A stretch of DNA of 64,000 bases. Origin: the human T2T-CHM13v2.0 reference genome, Homo sapiens. Below, piece after piece: positions 22,683-38,289 of the stretch (position 1 is the first letter of the stretch; each line of letters begins with the position of its first letter). A program made the translations under genes and the position numbers. The notes under the pieces were generated by a model. That model searched no databases, was not told where the DNA came from, and saw nothing but the letters and a program-made list of their open reading frames with translations. The stretch lies in assembly GCF_009914755.1 (NCBI RefSeq), contig NC_060947.1, one strand, 5' to 3'.

Positions 22683-24234
22683 AGTAATAAAAGGAAACTT
22701 GTATATATGTGTGCACCCACAAATGCTCTCTACCCCCGCTTATCACCATGCACAGATTTGCAGACCTATGAGTCCATAGACGAGTACATATCTAAGAGCC
22801 AGCAATAGTCAAAATTTCCCCCAACTTCTTCTTTTCTTGTCATCACTCTGGAAATATAATGATCCCACCATCTCAGAAAGCAGTGTAGTCCTTGAGCTTA
22901 AACCACAAAAGAGTGACTGCATTTACAGCTATGTTAGAATACTACTTTGTGAACAAATTTTCCTTCATGGCTGTCCAAAGAATATAAATCATTTTTGTTT
23001 CTTGGTTTTTACAAAAGTGCTCAATAGTGTGGGGCACTGTGTGGTGGCCCCTCACATTTCATAAGCTACCTCGGACCCCAAATCTCTTTGAGTTGTTGAC
23101 TTCGAAAATATTAATACTTCTATTTATCTCAATGCTCATGACTTTTCCATCATTTAGAAACAAAATGAGCTTCTGACTGTGGTCCCATCTGACAGTCTAA
23201 AATATAAATTCAGAGAAGATAGTGCACGTGACTGAAGACATGAAAGCAGGATAGGTTAGAGTTAGTGGTGCAGCTGGGAATGAGGTTGAGTAGGGGTTAA
23301 TATCTGTATTGCTATGAAGATTTACAGAAGAAAAGAAATATGCGTAGTTCTCCAGAACCCAGTAGGGATGGAAGATAAATATGATTATGTTTGGATGGTA
23401 GTATGCCAGCAATGCAAATGATAAATGTCCTTGAAATTTAAGGTGCATGAGGATTCTAGCTTTTTTCTAAAATAAATGGAGGAAGAATAAATTATAGAGG
23501 ATGGCACCCATTTATACCTCCACTCTATATTTGAGTTATGCTTTATATCTATCATAGAGTACATTTTTATGGATTCATTTGAGCTTCTCAAGTACCCTGT
23601 AAAAAGAATGGCAATTCAAAAAAAAAAAAAAAAAGTCCTTCACCGTATTCACTAACTGAAACAACACTAGTCTGGTGAGAGCTCAGAAGTAAGGGACAAT
23701 TGTGTTGTTAATGAGTTAATGTTCTATAGGACCGCTGACTCAGACCTAAAAGTATGGTGTGGAGATGGGCTGGTGCTGGCTGAGAGAGCAGAACTGTGAA
23801 AGAGCTTAGAGATCTGTGGGGAACTGTAGTGCCAGAGAGAGGAGGAAAGCTTGCATAACAATGAGAAATGCTTTTTTTCTTAAGTTGTTTGCCAAAGAGT
23901 TCAGAGTCTGGTTTAGGAACCTGGAATGCTACTGCATCAGAATTTTGTATAAGTAATGATAGCATGTTTGACCTAGAAAGGAAAGATGAAATATATAAGG
24001 GTCAGATAAAAAAAAAAACTTTGCATTCTTGGGGACAGGGGGGCTGAAACAGAATTGCAGCATTTGACTTGGAATATGAAAGTATAAGTAAATTTAACAA
24101 ACCAATGAAAACTGTAAGAGCACAATTTACATTTTAATCTACAATAAGCTGAAATCAAAATAGAGATCATGTACATTTAATTTTCTTAATTGGCATTTAC
24201 CTTGAACCAGATATTCCTATTCATGTTAGAAGTA

Positions 24235-24530
24235 CAGCTGGCCATCCATATCCATGGGATCTTCATTCATGGATTCAACCAACCATGGATCAAAAATATT
24301 GAAAGAAAAGTACAATTTTTTTCTTATTGTTTTTCCCTAAGTGATGCAGTATGACAACTATTTACATAGTATTTATATTGTATTGCATATTATAAATAAT
24401 CTAGAGATACATAAAGTATACAGGAGGATAAGAGTAGGCTATATGCAAATACTATGTCATTTTATATCATGAACTTGAACATCCATATGTTTTGGTATCC
24501 AAAGGGGTCCTGGATACTGAGGGACAACTC
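24235..24530 (-). mobile_element. MER2 (TcMar-Tigger) DNA transposon
   Basis: 'ggattcaaccaaccatggatcaaaaatatt...ctatatgcaaatactatgtcattttatat...ggatactgagggacaact'; TA on both sides. Confidence 0.85.
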
Positions 24531-24747
24531 TACATAGTCTGTACCAAATAGTGAAGTGTGATAATCTGGCAGTGATACCTGGCTAATAATCCAAAATCCC
24601 TCCGGAGCTTGTTGCAAAACAGATTCCTAGGCTTCACTGTAGACCTATTAAGTCAGAATCTCCACAAACACATTTGAAGAGAAGCACCACAGAAACTGAA
24701 GGAAGGACTGGAATCTCGGGAACAGGGTTCTCAGAAAAGAAACCCCT

Positions 24748-26975
24748 TGATATGATTTGACTCTGTGTCCCCACACAGATCTCACCCTGAATTGTAATAA
24801 TTCCCATGTGTCAAGGGCAGGACCAGCTGGAGAAAATTTAATCGTGGGGGCGGTTTCACCCCAAGCTGTTCCCGTCATAGTGAGTGAGTTCTCACAAGAT
24901 CTGATGGTTTTATAAGGGGCTTACTCCTTTGCTCAGCTCTCACTCACTCACCTGCTGCCTTCTGAAGAGGTGTCTTCCACCATGATTGTAAATTTCCTGA
25001 GGCCTCCCCAGCCATGCAGAACTGTGAGTCAATTAAACCTCTTTTCTTTATAAATTACCCAGTTTGGGGTATTTCTTCATAGAAGCATGAGGATGGATTA
25101 ATACAGTTAATTGGTACCGAGGTAGTAGGGTGTTGCTGTAAAGATACCCGAATATGTGGAAGTAACTTTGGAACTGTGTAATGGGCAGAGGTTGGAAGAG
25201 TTTGGAGGGCTCAGAAGAAGACAGGAAAATGTGGGAAACTTTGGAACTTCCTAGAGACTTATCAAATTGCTTTGACCAAAATTCTGATAGTGATATGGAC
25301 AATGAAGTTCAGGCTGAGGTGGTCTCAGATGGAGATGAGGAACTTGTTGGGAACTGGAATAAAGGTGACTCTTGCTATGCTTTAGCAAAGAGACTGGCAG
25401 CATTTTGACCCTGCCCTAGAGGTCTGTCGAACTTTGAACTTGAGAGAGGTGATCTAGGGTGTCTGGCAGAAGAAATTTATAAGCAGCAAAGCATTAAGAG
25501 GAAGCAGAGCGTAAAAGTTTGGAAAATTTGCACCCTGACAATGTGATAGAAAAGAAAAACCCATTTTCTGGGGAGAAACTCAAGCTGGCTGCAGAAATTT
25601 GCATAAGTAATGAGGAGCCGAACGTTAACCACCAACACATTGGGGAAAATGTCTCCAGGGCATGTCAGAGACCTTCACAGCAGCCCCTCCCATCACAGGC
25701 CTGGAGGCCTAGGATGGAAAAATGGTTTCATGCGTCAGGCCCAGGGCCCCTGTGCTCTATGCAGCCTTGGGACACGGCACCCTGTGTCCCAGCTCCCTCA
25801 CCTCCAGTGCTGTGGCTAAAAGGAGTCAAGGTACAGCTCAGGCCATTGCTTTAGAGGGTGCAAGCCCCATGCCTTGGCAGCTTACATGTGGTGTTAGGCC
25901 TATGGGTGCATAGAAGTCAATAATTAAGGTTTGGGAACCTCTGCCTAGATTTCAGAGGATGTATGGAAACGCCTGGATGTCCAGGCAGAAATTTGCTGCA
26001 TAGACAGAGCCTTCATGGAGAACCTCTGCTAGGGCAGTGTGGAAGGGTGATGTGAGGTTGGAGCCCCCACACAGAGTCCCCACTGGGGCACTGCCTAGTG
26101 GAGCTGTGAGAAGAGGGCAACCATCCTCCAGACCCCAGAATGGTAGATCTACTGACATCTTGCACCATGCACCTGGAAAAACCATAGGCAGTCAACACTA
26201 GCCTGTGAAAGCAGCTGGGAAGAGGGCTGTACTCTGCAAAGCCATAGGGGCAGAGCTGCCCAAGGCCATGGGAGCCCACCTTTGTATCAGCATGACCTGG
26301 ATGTGAGACATGGAGTTGAAGGAGATCATTTTGGAACTTTAAGGTTTAATGACTACCCTATTGGATTTCAGACTTGCATGGGCCCTGTAGCCCCTTTGTT
26401 TTGGTCAATTTCTCCCATTTGGAGTGGGTATATTTACTCAATGCCTGTACTCCCCTTGTATCTAGGAAGTAACTAACTTGCTTTTGATTTTACAGGCTCA
26501 TAGGCGGAAGGGATTTGTCTTGTCTCAGATAAGACATTGGACTTGAACTTTTGGGTTAATGCTGGAATGAGCTAAGACTTTGGGAGACTGTAGGAAGGAC
26601 ATGATTGTTTTGAAATGTGAGGTCATGAGATTTGGGAGGGTCCAGCAGTGGAATAATATGCTTTGGCTCTGTGTCCCCACCCAAATCTTACTTTGAATTG
26701 TAATAATCCCCATGTGCCAAAGGCAGGACCAGATGGAGATAAGTGAATCATAGTGGCAGTTTCCCCCCACACTGTTCTCGTGATGGTAGGTGAGCTCTCA
26801 AGAGATCTGATGCTTTTATAAGGGGCTTTCCCCTTCACTCAGCACTCATTCTCTCTACTGCCACCCTCTGAAGAGGTGCCTTCTGCCATAATTGTAAGTT
26901 TTCCGAGGTCTCCACAGCTATGCAGAACCCAGTCTCAGGTATTTCTTCATAGCAGTGTGAGAATGGACTAATATA
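24748..26975 (+). mobile_element. Complete THE1 (THE1C-like) MaLR provirus: 5'LTR 24748-25105, internal 25106-26653, 3'LTR 26654-26975
   Basis: Two homologous LTRs, THE1-int start 'aattggtacc...aagatacccgaatatgtggaag', perfect TSD cccct (24743-24747 / 26976-26980). The internal ORF is fragmented. Confidence 0.93.
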
Positions 26976-27593
26976 CCCCTGGAATGCAGGAAAGGAGAGT
27001 TAGCTAGCAAGAGAGGCTACAAGGCTGTTCTCTGAAGGCCACACTGACCACTCATTTTCATTAGCAGGTATTAAAATTTATAATTTTTTTCTGATAAAGA
27101 AGCAGAGACTCAGAGAGGTTGAGGCTTGCCCAACATCACACAGTTAATTAAAGGCAGAGCCAGGTTTGGAACCATGTCTTCTGGCCTTTTTGGCAGCTTT
27201 CATTTCTAGGTTCTTGACCTTGAGTACATTATTGTTAGATATTATTGACTATGGCAAGGATTTAGGAAAAGAAGATTAGAGGACAAAAAAAGAGGCCCCC
27301 TCATTACACTTACCACAGACACTAAATAAGGGTAATCAAATAATGACCAAAATCATTGGTTACTTAGTGAGCTAAGTGATGGATGACAATCTAAAGATTC
27401 ATAAAAATATGATATCTGTTGGTACAAATATATTAATTTTATAAAGAATTAATCTCACTGAATTGATAAACATTTTATTGTGCAGAACAAACAATCTTGG
27501 ATGAGGATTTTGCAGGCTGAAGGGCAAGTATGTTGACTTGTGTCATCTCTTGGTGAATGATGACTTGCAGTCTAGCTGAAACTGCACATTTTA

Positions 27594-27633
27594 TTTTTTT
27601 TTTAATTTTACTTTAAGTGCTGGCATACATGAG
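27594..27633 (-). mobile_element. Micro-L1 insertion (poly-A + ~27 nt of L1PA7/8-like 3' end)
   Basis: T-run then 'aattttactttaagtgctggcatacatg', flanked by a perfect 14-bp TSD aactgcacatttta (27580-27593 / 27634-27647). Confidence 0.85.
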
Positions 27634-27775
27634 AACTGCACATTTTAAATGACCAAGAGTGAATCTAATTTCTAGAAGTGAAGAATGTAAAATCATAATA
27701 TTGTGAGATATTGCAGTCATTCTTAGCGCTTGAGGAAAGAGCAAAAGAAGAATAAAGCATCACAGGCTTGACCAC

Positions 27776-28401
27776 TTTGGGGGCTCAAGAAATAATACCC
27801 AAAAGTATGGCACTTTGACATGCTAAACTGAAAAAGCAGACTCGAAGATCCTCTGACCTTCCTTGCCTCCCTTTCTCTCAAACTTCTATCTCTTCCAAAG
27901 CACAGAATGAGGCTGTTCTCTGATGTTCCCTTATTTACTTTAAAACTGGACCCCCAAAGAATAACACAATTGCCTTCAATCTCTTCCCTGAAATTTCATT
28001 AACTAGAGAAGATTAAAACTCCTGTCATAGAGAAACTGAAAATTAAACACCACACCTATAATAGAGCCCAGACTACCTTTGTCCCAAACTATTGTTTGTT
28101 CTCAAATCCCATTCAATTCCCAAAAATAATTATTTACTAACCATTGTCTGAACATTGGGTCCATTCATTCCCCCTAAAAAACATTTACTCCAACAACCCT
28201 CATCTCCCCTTCCCCTATGAAGAAGGGTATATATGCTTCTGTACCCCACTGGGTTATGGTGTACTCATTCTGTGATTCCCCCATGCTACACACATTAACT
28301 AAATCTGTATGCCTTTTTCCATATTAATTTGCCTATTGTCAGTTCATTTTCAGTGAACTTTCATAGGACGAAGGGGAAAGCTCTCCGTCTTTGCCCCTAC
28401 A
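27776..28401 (+). mobile_element. ERV1 solo LTR, MER39/MER34-like
   Basis: 'ggggctcaagaaataatacccaaaagtatggcactttgacatgct...gaagggtatata...ttgcccctaca'; 4-bp flanks ccac/ccaa. Confidence 0.75.
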
Positions 28402-28429
28402 CCAACATAGCTGAGAAATTGCTCACTAA

Positions 28430-28767
28430 ATGATCGATGTATTAACCTACCTTCCTCAAACGTGCCTTTGGGCTGGGGCCATGTAGCTAGTTCTGACCAA
28501 TGGGAGTGATGTGTACCACTTCCAGGTCCAGGAGGTTAAGAGCTGGTGTTCCTCATCCATCTTTCCCTTTGCCCTTTGTGGTCTTAGATGCTATATATGA
28601 AGATGGTGGTATCACAGAAAGAAGGGAGCCTTAATCCCCAAGTCACTGCTTGGAAGAGAATCCCCACCAACCTGCATTAGACTTGATGAAATAAACTTTT
28701 GTTGTGTTGAGATGAATGAAACTTCAGTTTTCTTTTGTGGCAGTTAGCAGTTACTGATCCTAATGTA
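28430..28767 (+). mobile_element. MaLR LTR, MLT1I/J-like
   Basis: 'ggggccatgtagctagttctgaccaatgg...gtgatgtgtaccacttccagg...gaaataaacttttgttgtgtt'. Confidence 0.7.
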
Positions 28768-29029
28768 GTTACTAACCTTCATGGAAATATCCAATTTGGT
28801 CAGTTTTTTACATAATTCCCACATTCCCCCTCCATATGTCATTAAATGCATTTTAATTGTATGAAAAGATTGATGGTGAAATTGTATTGATACTATGGAA
28901 ATTTATTTGTATCATTTTGTTGGAGGCCACTTATTCCATAAAACAATGTAGTTAAATTTTAGACATTTTCCAGGATTTCCAACAAGATTACTGATTATTG
29001 GTATAAGGAATACATTCAGAATCCAATCA

Positions 29030-29165
29030 TAAATGTTTTAAAACTGGATTGTGGTGATGCTTGCACAACTCTATGAATACACTGAGAATAAATTGATCTT
29101 ATGCTTAAAACAGGTAAATTTTATGATGTATAAAGTATATGTTAAGAAGGTTGTTTTTAAAAAAG
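29030..29165 (+). mobile_element. Old L1M 3' terminus
   Basis: 'aaactggattgtggtgatgcttgcacaactctatgaatacact...gtaaattttatgatgtataaa'. Confidence 0.65.
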
Positions 29166-29944
29166 CCAACAAGTTATGGGCATTTTCAGAAAGTTTTGTA
29201 CATGTTTGCATATCGATCACAATTATTTTCAAATATACTTCAAGGATTCCTAAGTACATAGCCATCAATTACAGTATGCGCTAAATAATGCAGCCTTATA
29301 ATCAGGAGAGCTAAGGATAATATACCCTGGCCCAAGAAGAAGTCTTGACAATAGCACCTAGATAGTGAGTTTGGGTATGGTTTCGGCTGGCAAGTCCCCA
29401 ACAAGTGGGAGAGATGATGCAACATAAAAGATAGTACAGCAAGAGATAGTCCTCAGAACATGGAACACTTTAGAACCCTAAGAGAAAGCAGTTCTCATAG
29501 ATTACTAATCTCTCACCTATATCATAAGGAGCAGAAGCTAGAGAGTTAGCTCCTGCTGAGACACAGACTGATGACTACAGGCAATTCTGAACAGGGCCAT
29601 CCTTAAGGAAAAGGGACAAATAGCTCAAGGTTGCCTCTGGAATGCGTTTCTTCACTTCTCTTCCCAAACCTTTCCCTGGAGTCCTTATGTTGCCCATCTG
29701 TCCGGGAGTAGAGGAAAATAAGACATCACATAATATTAAGCACAAGAAACTATTGGGAGCATATTCCCAATGAAGCTTGTAAGAAGTAGCTGGAATGAAC
29801 AAGGCATAAACCAAAAGAATAACTCCATAATAGTAAAAGTAGAGATGGAAATGACAAGCTGGAGTGGAAGATATTATTTTAGTAAAGCAGCCTGCCAAAT
29901 ACTCCTGAACTGATACCACATAGGCAACTGTCTATTTTGTAGTA

Positions 29945-30540
29945 GTAATAATAAATAACTAATGTTTATTGAGCATTTACTATGTATCAGGCCCCATGCT
30001 CAGTGCTTCATAACATTACAGTATTTAATACTCTCAACCAACATATGAGATGGGTATTATTATCCTCAGGCTACAGATCAGGAACACAGAGGTTAAATAT
30101 CTTGTTAGAGACTGCACAGTTAAGAAACAGTTTCTTGTCTACCCCTTACACATTACAAAGTGCTCTGTACATTATTGAGATAGTTCAACAGAGAAACCAC
30201 ATATCCAGAATAGAAAAAGAAAAAGAAAAAAGGCTGACATAATTGAGTGCGTAGATGCCAGGTTCAATACGATGCATATTCTCAGGTATAATCTTGTTTC
30301 ACCCTCAGTATAATCCTTCATGACCATTAGTATTGTCCCTACTACAGATGAATAAACAGTCTCATTCCTTCAACAAATGTTAACTGAGTGCCTATTGTGT
30401 GCCAGTAGGATGCCTGCACCAGAGCAGTCAACAAATAAGGCTCATTGCTTGGTTTTGTAGAATTTACATTTTAGTGGGAGGGAGAGAGAAACAATAAATA
30501 AATGTGCTATGAAGAAAAATAAAACAGAATAAAGAAGGAT
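29945..30540 (-). mobile_element. Cluster of MIR (29945-30130, 30240-30360) and L2 (30360-30540) fragments
   Basis: 'atgtttattgagcatttactatgtatcagg', 'acagatcaggaacacagaggttaa', 'cattccttcaacaaatgttaactgagtgcctattgtgtgcc'. Confidence 0.65.
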
Positions 30541-30544
30541 AAGG

Positions 30545-33172
<2,628 letters not shown>

Positions 33173-33224
33173 AGAATATGCCTTTTTAGTCTCAGTTTGC
33201 TAAAACTTTTTTGTCATTGATGTC

Positions 33225-34900
33225 TTAGAGTTGTAATAGTAGAGATAAGAGAAGTGTGTATATAAGGAATATATTTTGGAAGTAGACTTGTTAAGATTTG
33301 CACATGGATTGGAGGTAGCAGCCCAGGGAAGGAAAAACATCAGAGATTATTCCCAGATTTTGGCAGAAGCGCTGGTGGGGTTGGAGGAGAAAACTAATAA
33401 TTTCCTGTTGCACAGGTTAAATTTGAGCAACATGACTATGTTTAAATCAGAGCATCATCAGCATGTAAATGAGATCACCCGGGGAGATTCTAGATATCGA
33501 GAGGAGCTGTGTACCCTGGATCATTTCAACACTGGGAGGTTGAACATAGACAGATGATCCAAAAAAGGATGAGAAGGGCCACCCAAGGAGGTAGAAGGGA
33601 AAACCCGGTAAGTATAGTGCCCTTTAGTTAGTAAGATGCGGATGATTACAAGGAATGGGTTTAGGATTGGAAGATTTGGATCTTGGTTATGGATATGTAC
33701 ACTCTGTCAAGTCTACTAGACATCCAAGTAGAGACATGGAGTAAGTAGTTGAACATTTGAGCCTGAAGTTCAGAGACGTTTGGCCTAGAGATATTAACTT
33801 GGGAGTCATCAGTACTTAAGTCAGTGGTTATCAGTCTAGGCTGAACATTAAAATCACATGATGGCTTACAAAATTTATATATATCCAGGCCCTACCCTAG
33901 ACCAATTAAATTAGAGCTTCTGAAAGTAGATATTGGCACTAGAAAATCATAGTTGATTCTGGTTTGCAATAGAAGATGATAACCATTGATGCAGATCAGT
34001 GCCTCTCAAACTTCAATGCAAATGAATCACTTAGGGATCTTGTTAAAATGCAGATTCTGATTCAGTAGGTCTGAAGTGGAGCCAAGATTCTAAATTTCTA
34101 ATACATTCTCAATGTGATACTGACACTTTTGGACCATAGCCCACCCTTTGTGTAGCAAGGGTATAGATAACATGTAAAGCCATGAGATTGAATGAACTCA
34201 CCAAGGGGGTGAGAATAGACAAGGAAAAGGTGCAAGGTAGCTAGTTTTTCTCTCTAAATAGTTGAGAACTTAGTGCAAGCATCGAGCAGGGAAATTATTA
34301 CGTTTAACCAGGGCTGGGTTTTTTTTTTTTTTTGATAAATATATGGCAGAATTAAAGAGGGGAAAAGAGTGGAACATTTATGCAAGGGGTGATTACAATG
34401 ATAAACTAGGGACTCTAGTTGTGTAACTAGGATGGGGTCAAATAGTTGGTAGAGTTGGGATGTTAAAAATCATGAGATGAAAGAATAAGAAGTGTTGGTC
34501 AGGAATGGGAGATTTGACATCAGGACTTTAGTGATTGTGTGTTTATTGTTGATGTCAAGAGTGGGAGCTACAAAGGTTGGGTAGAAAAAAAAATATTATT
34601 GGAGGTAAAGAAGTCAAAGAGTTTAGAGGCCAGTAAATTGGAAGAGTGGTTCACATGATGTTGAAATTTCTAAAAGGATGAAAGAAATAAAAATAGAGAA
34701 GAGACTGAGCCAGGTGCTAAAGTCCTTATGAATGAGGGATGACTAGGAGGTCAGTAGATGATAGCAAAAATAAAGAGAGGGTGGAAAGGTGTAGTGGCAT
34801 CTACAGATTCTGACTCAGTTGAACTGGGATGGACAAAAGCATGAAAATTTTTAAAAAGCTTCCCAGGAGATTCTAATGTTGACCAGGATTAAAAATCACT
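33225..34900 (-). mobile_element. L2 fragments interrupted by MER5-family hAT elements (~33820-33990, 33998-34161, ~34800-34900)
   Basis: L2 phrases 'tagacatccaagtagagac', 'ttgggagtcatcag', 'aagccatgagattgaatgaactcacc'; MER5 phrase 'gaatcacttagggatcttgttaaaatgcagattctgattcagtaggtctg'. Confidence 0.7.
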
Positions 34901-37309
34901 ACATTAGAATAATCAATGCAAATTAAAATGAATGGGGCCACCGAATGATTAACTCCTTCTATAGTTGCTGAGAATTGTGGAGTCAATAGCCAGTGTTATC
35001 TTAGAATGTTAGTAAGCTCAGTTAACTGCCTTGCCCAAGGACACACAGCTAATAAATGTTTGAGCTGAGATTCAAACCTTGATTTGTCCGACTACAAATC
35101 CTGGACCGACTTCACTTTACCATGTTGCCTAGGAGGGCAATATTTTAGTGCAGAAGATACTGAGATATCTTCGAAAGAAAGTCGAAGTGTCCCAAATGAA
35201 ATTCTAATAAGCCACAGTGGGAGGAGACACTGTTTCTCTGGAGTGGTTCTGATATTTACCTCTTTATTTACCCTTTGTCCCTCTTGAACTTTCTACCAGC
35301 TTTGATTCTCATCTGTAGTTTCTACCACCTCTTCTAATGTCTCTTTCATGTAGCAGAGACACTACATGAAAGGGAGGCAACATCAGGGTCCTGCCAATGT
35401 GGATGCTGGCTGGCCCTGATACCCCCCACCCCCGCCACCCCCTGACTCCCAAGTACTGTTCTCTGGGCCTCGTTTCTAGAGGGGGAGGAAGGAGAAGAAT
35501 ACAGCATTGCCATCAAAACCTAGCATTTTGTCTCCCCCTACTTCTGCCTCCTAACATATCAGCAGCTCTGTATAATGAAAATCTAAATTATTTGTGTGCA
35601 CACATAGCAACTGTTTATTTGCTGTTAGCTTTGAGGACTCAGTGGGGGTTTGACGAGTTTAGAGAAGAGATCTGGGAGATCTCCCTGGGAGAGCCAAATC
35701 TCAGAAGTAGATGAAAAAATGAAGCTTAAAATGCATTTCTCTACATCTGACAGAGAGGCCAGTAATAAGTATCTTTCAACTCCAGCCTCACTGCAGCTCA
35801 GAAAATACTCTTTAACCAAGGACACAAGGTAGCTATGATTCTTTGGAAGAGCCCTGACTGCTGTCTACTAAGAAAGCTTTACTGGGTATGGCTGGAGATT
35901 GATTGTGAGTTCTAGAAATAGCACACCTTTCCCCTCAAGCCAACAAGTAGGATGCCTTCCATCCTTTACAAAATATATTCAGTATTAGTTTTCTTGAAAG
36001 TTCCATTTTTCCCATCACTGGGCTTCCTAGGGACCAAATACCATCTTGAAACTACTTTAAATTAATACGAATGTTTCTACAGAGAGTGAATACCAGACTC
36101 AGAAGAAAGTGTCCCCATCATATATTGAAGGAGCTAGACCTTTCCTTAGTACAATTTGTTTGACAAATTTATAAAGCCTCTGCTTCCCAGAAGCTTCCTC
36201 ATTCCCTCATCCTCACAGGGTTTTCCCTCATCCAGCCAAGGCTTCGTATTGCCATCTACTCTTGCATAAGCCAGAACTCCTTTCCCAGAGACCAGAACCT
36301 TTCCATCTTGGCTCAGGTCACACGCTCGCTCCCGCGAGGCAGAACCCACTGCCTGGAAGTCACTAGCAGCTGTAAGTGAATGAAGGAAGCTACTCCTCTG
36401 AGAGCAGAGGTAATGAGGTGTGACATTAGAGAGACAGCACCACTGAAGACATACCCTAGTGACTTAACACTTGCTAGCCCAGGTGTAGAAATTTCAATCC
36501 TCTAGACACAAAAGCATGCCAATTGGGAAGTTGTTGCCCATCTGAGATTATTTTCTGAAAGGAGTATCTTGCAAAATGGGCTCTTATGAAATACTAAATG
36601 GACTGTGAGTTAGCCCAGATGAATCACCTCCTATCTCTCACCCCTCCCCAAGATCTAAGTGGTTCCAGGGTCAGAATGGGCCCATAGTTAGGCACTCGAC
36701 CTGCATGCCCAGGTAAAGAACATGACAGCCAGCTAGGCATGGGACAAACTGCAGAGTCTCTTAGGTTCTCACTTCATTCATTCAGCCTCCACCTGACCCA
36801 TGGACTCTCCTTCCTTTCTGTACAATAGCAGCCCAAGATGCAGATTTAGCTTCTAAGTTTGCTCCAGGCCATGGGGAAAAGAACCAAGTCTTGTCAGGCG
36901 TCTATGTAAAAACAAGGCCTGGCAGGAGGCAGGAAAGAAACCAGACATAGGCAAGGAGGAATTTTAATTCGAATTGAACATGGGGCTAGATACCTCTTTG
37001 AATATAAGCCCCTGAAGACCTGGTTTCTTCACAGAAAAAAATATATATATATCTTTTAAATCCAGTTTCCTTTCATTGGAAAAGAGGAGAAAACATTCCA
37101 ACTTACTTCACCTGCAACTAACTCCTCCAAGGTGATAGTTATTTAAAGTGTTCTTTCAAATTAACCCCTTCCTCTTCAGTCTCCTTTCCAGGGTCCAATT
37201 ACTTCACAGTGTGTTTAAGCATCTGGGCCATGGAGGAAAGCAAAGCATATACTTCCTGGGAAGCAGTGCATAAGGCAATGGCATTGTCTGGTGGCTAAGA
37301 GCACTCACT

Positions 37310-37838
37310 GAAATGTTATTTTCCATTGGCCCCTCATAACCCCAATCCCAAGCTTCATTCTCCACCCTTCCCTGCCATGCTCTGTGCCAAAGGAGTCTGA
37401 CCTCAATGGGCTATTGCAACAGGCTTCTTTGCCAGCTGCCATTTGGCTGGGTCTGGCCAATGATAGGCACTGGCAGGAGATCAAAGAGTGGAAAGAGAGT
37501 GAGATATGGGTGTTCATTCCCCTCTCTCCCTCCTTACTGCATTTGGGCAGAGACTACATTGTGCTACCTGAAGCAACAGCTCCTGTGAGGCAGCCCCTCT
37601 TGTACATGTGCAGTGCTTACTGGGTGCCAATAACACTGTATCTTCCCTTTGTCCTTTCAGTGTTAGGAGTAATAATAATAACAGCCCCTCACTGTTCATA
37701 GTCTTTCTATGCCTCACAATCACTGGTAAGTTCCCTTAACCCTGCACACGCCATCATAAATTGTCCCTTCACTAAGCTCATCTCAGCTAAACTCCTTGAG
37801 TATACCATCTGTTTCTCAGCAGGATTCTGACTTATACA
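37310..37838 (+). mobile_element. LTR33-family ERVL LTR
   Basis: 'gggtctggccaatgataggcactggcaggagatc...ttcccttaaccctgcacac...ccatctgtttctcagcaggattctgacttataca'. Confidence 0.75.
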
Positions 37839-38289
37839 CTCACTTTGACAAAGTCTATCCTACAGAATTCCAGAAGGTTGCCTAGCCTGAAAAGAGAGAT
37901 CACCTGATCCAACTACCTTTTCTGAAGTGAGCTATCTGCCTTTTCTCAAATATTTGACATATTCTCTATACAGTGGGTCCTCCTAAATTAAGGTTACATT
38001 ATTGTGTCTACACAATAAAACTGAGGTTTAAGCTAGTTGCATTTTTGTTTTAGCTGTTCTTAGTCATCTTTCTTAAAGAAAGGAGATGCTGCAAACACAT
38101 TACATTGCTTCCTTCCCAGTGAGGTATGTTCAAGTTGGCCTTACCTTAAACACTTAATGCAGTTCCATGAGGGATATAATACTTGACATGAATTCAATCA
38201 CCAGTTCCCTACCACCTGTTATTCATCTTGCATTTGCCATCTTGATGATAGGAGTCGCCCACATACCGGAGTGGTCATCCCAAAATTTT

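Noticed and set aside
23618-23634. A17 run as the tail of a processed pseudogene
   Set aside because: No TSD, no recognisable upstream coding remnant or retroelement; treated as a mononucleotide run.
25181-26476. Several 60-111 aa ORFs in the THE1 internal region
   Set aside because: Fragments of the decayed MaLR internal ORF, broken by stops and frameshifts; no RT or integrase motifs.
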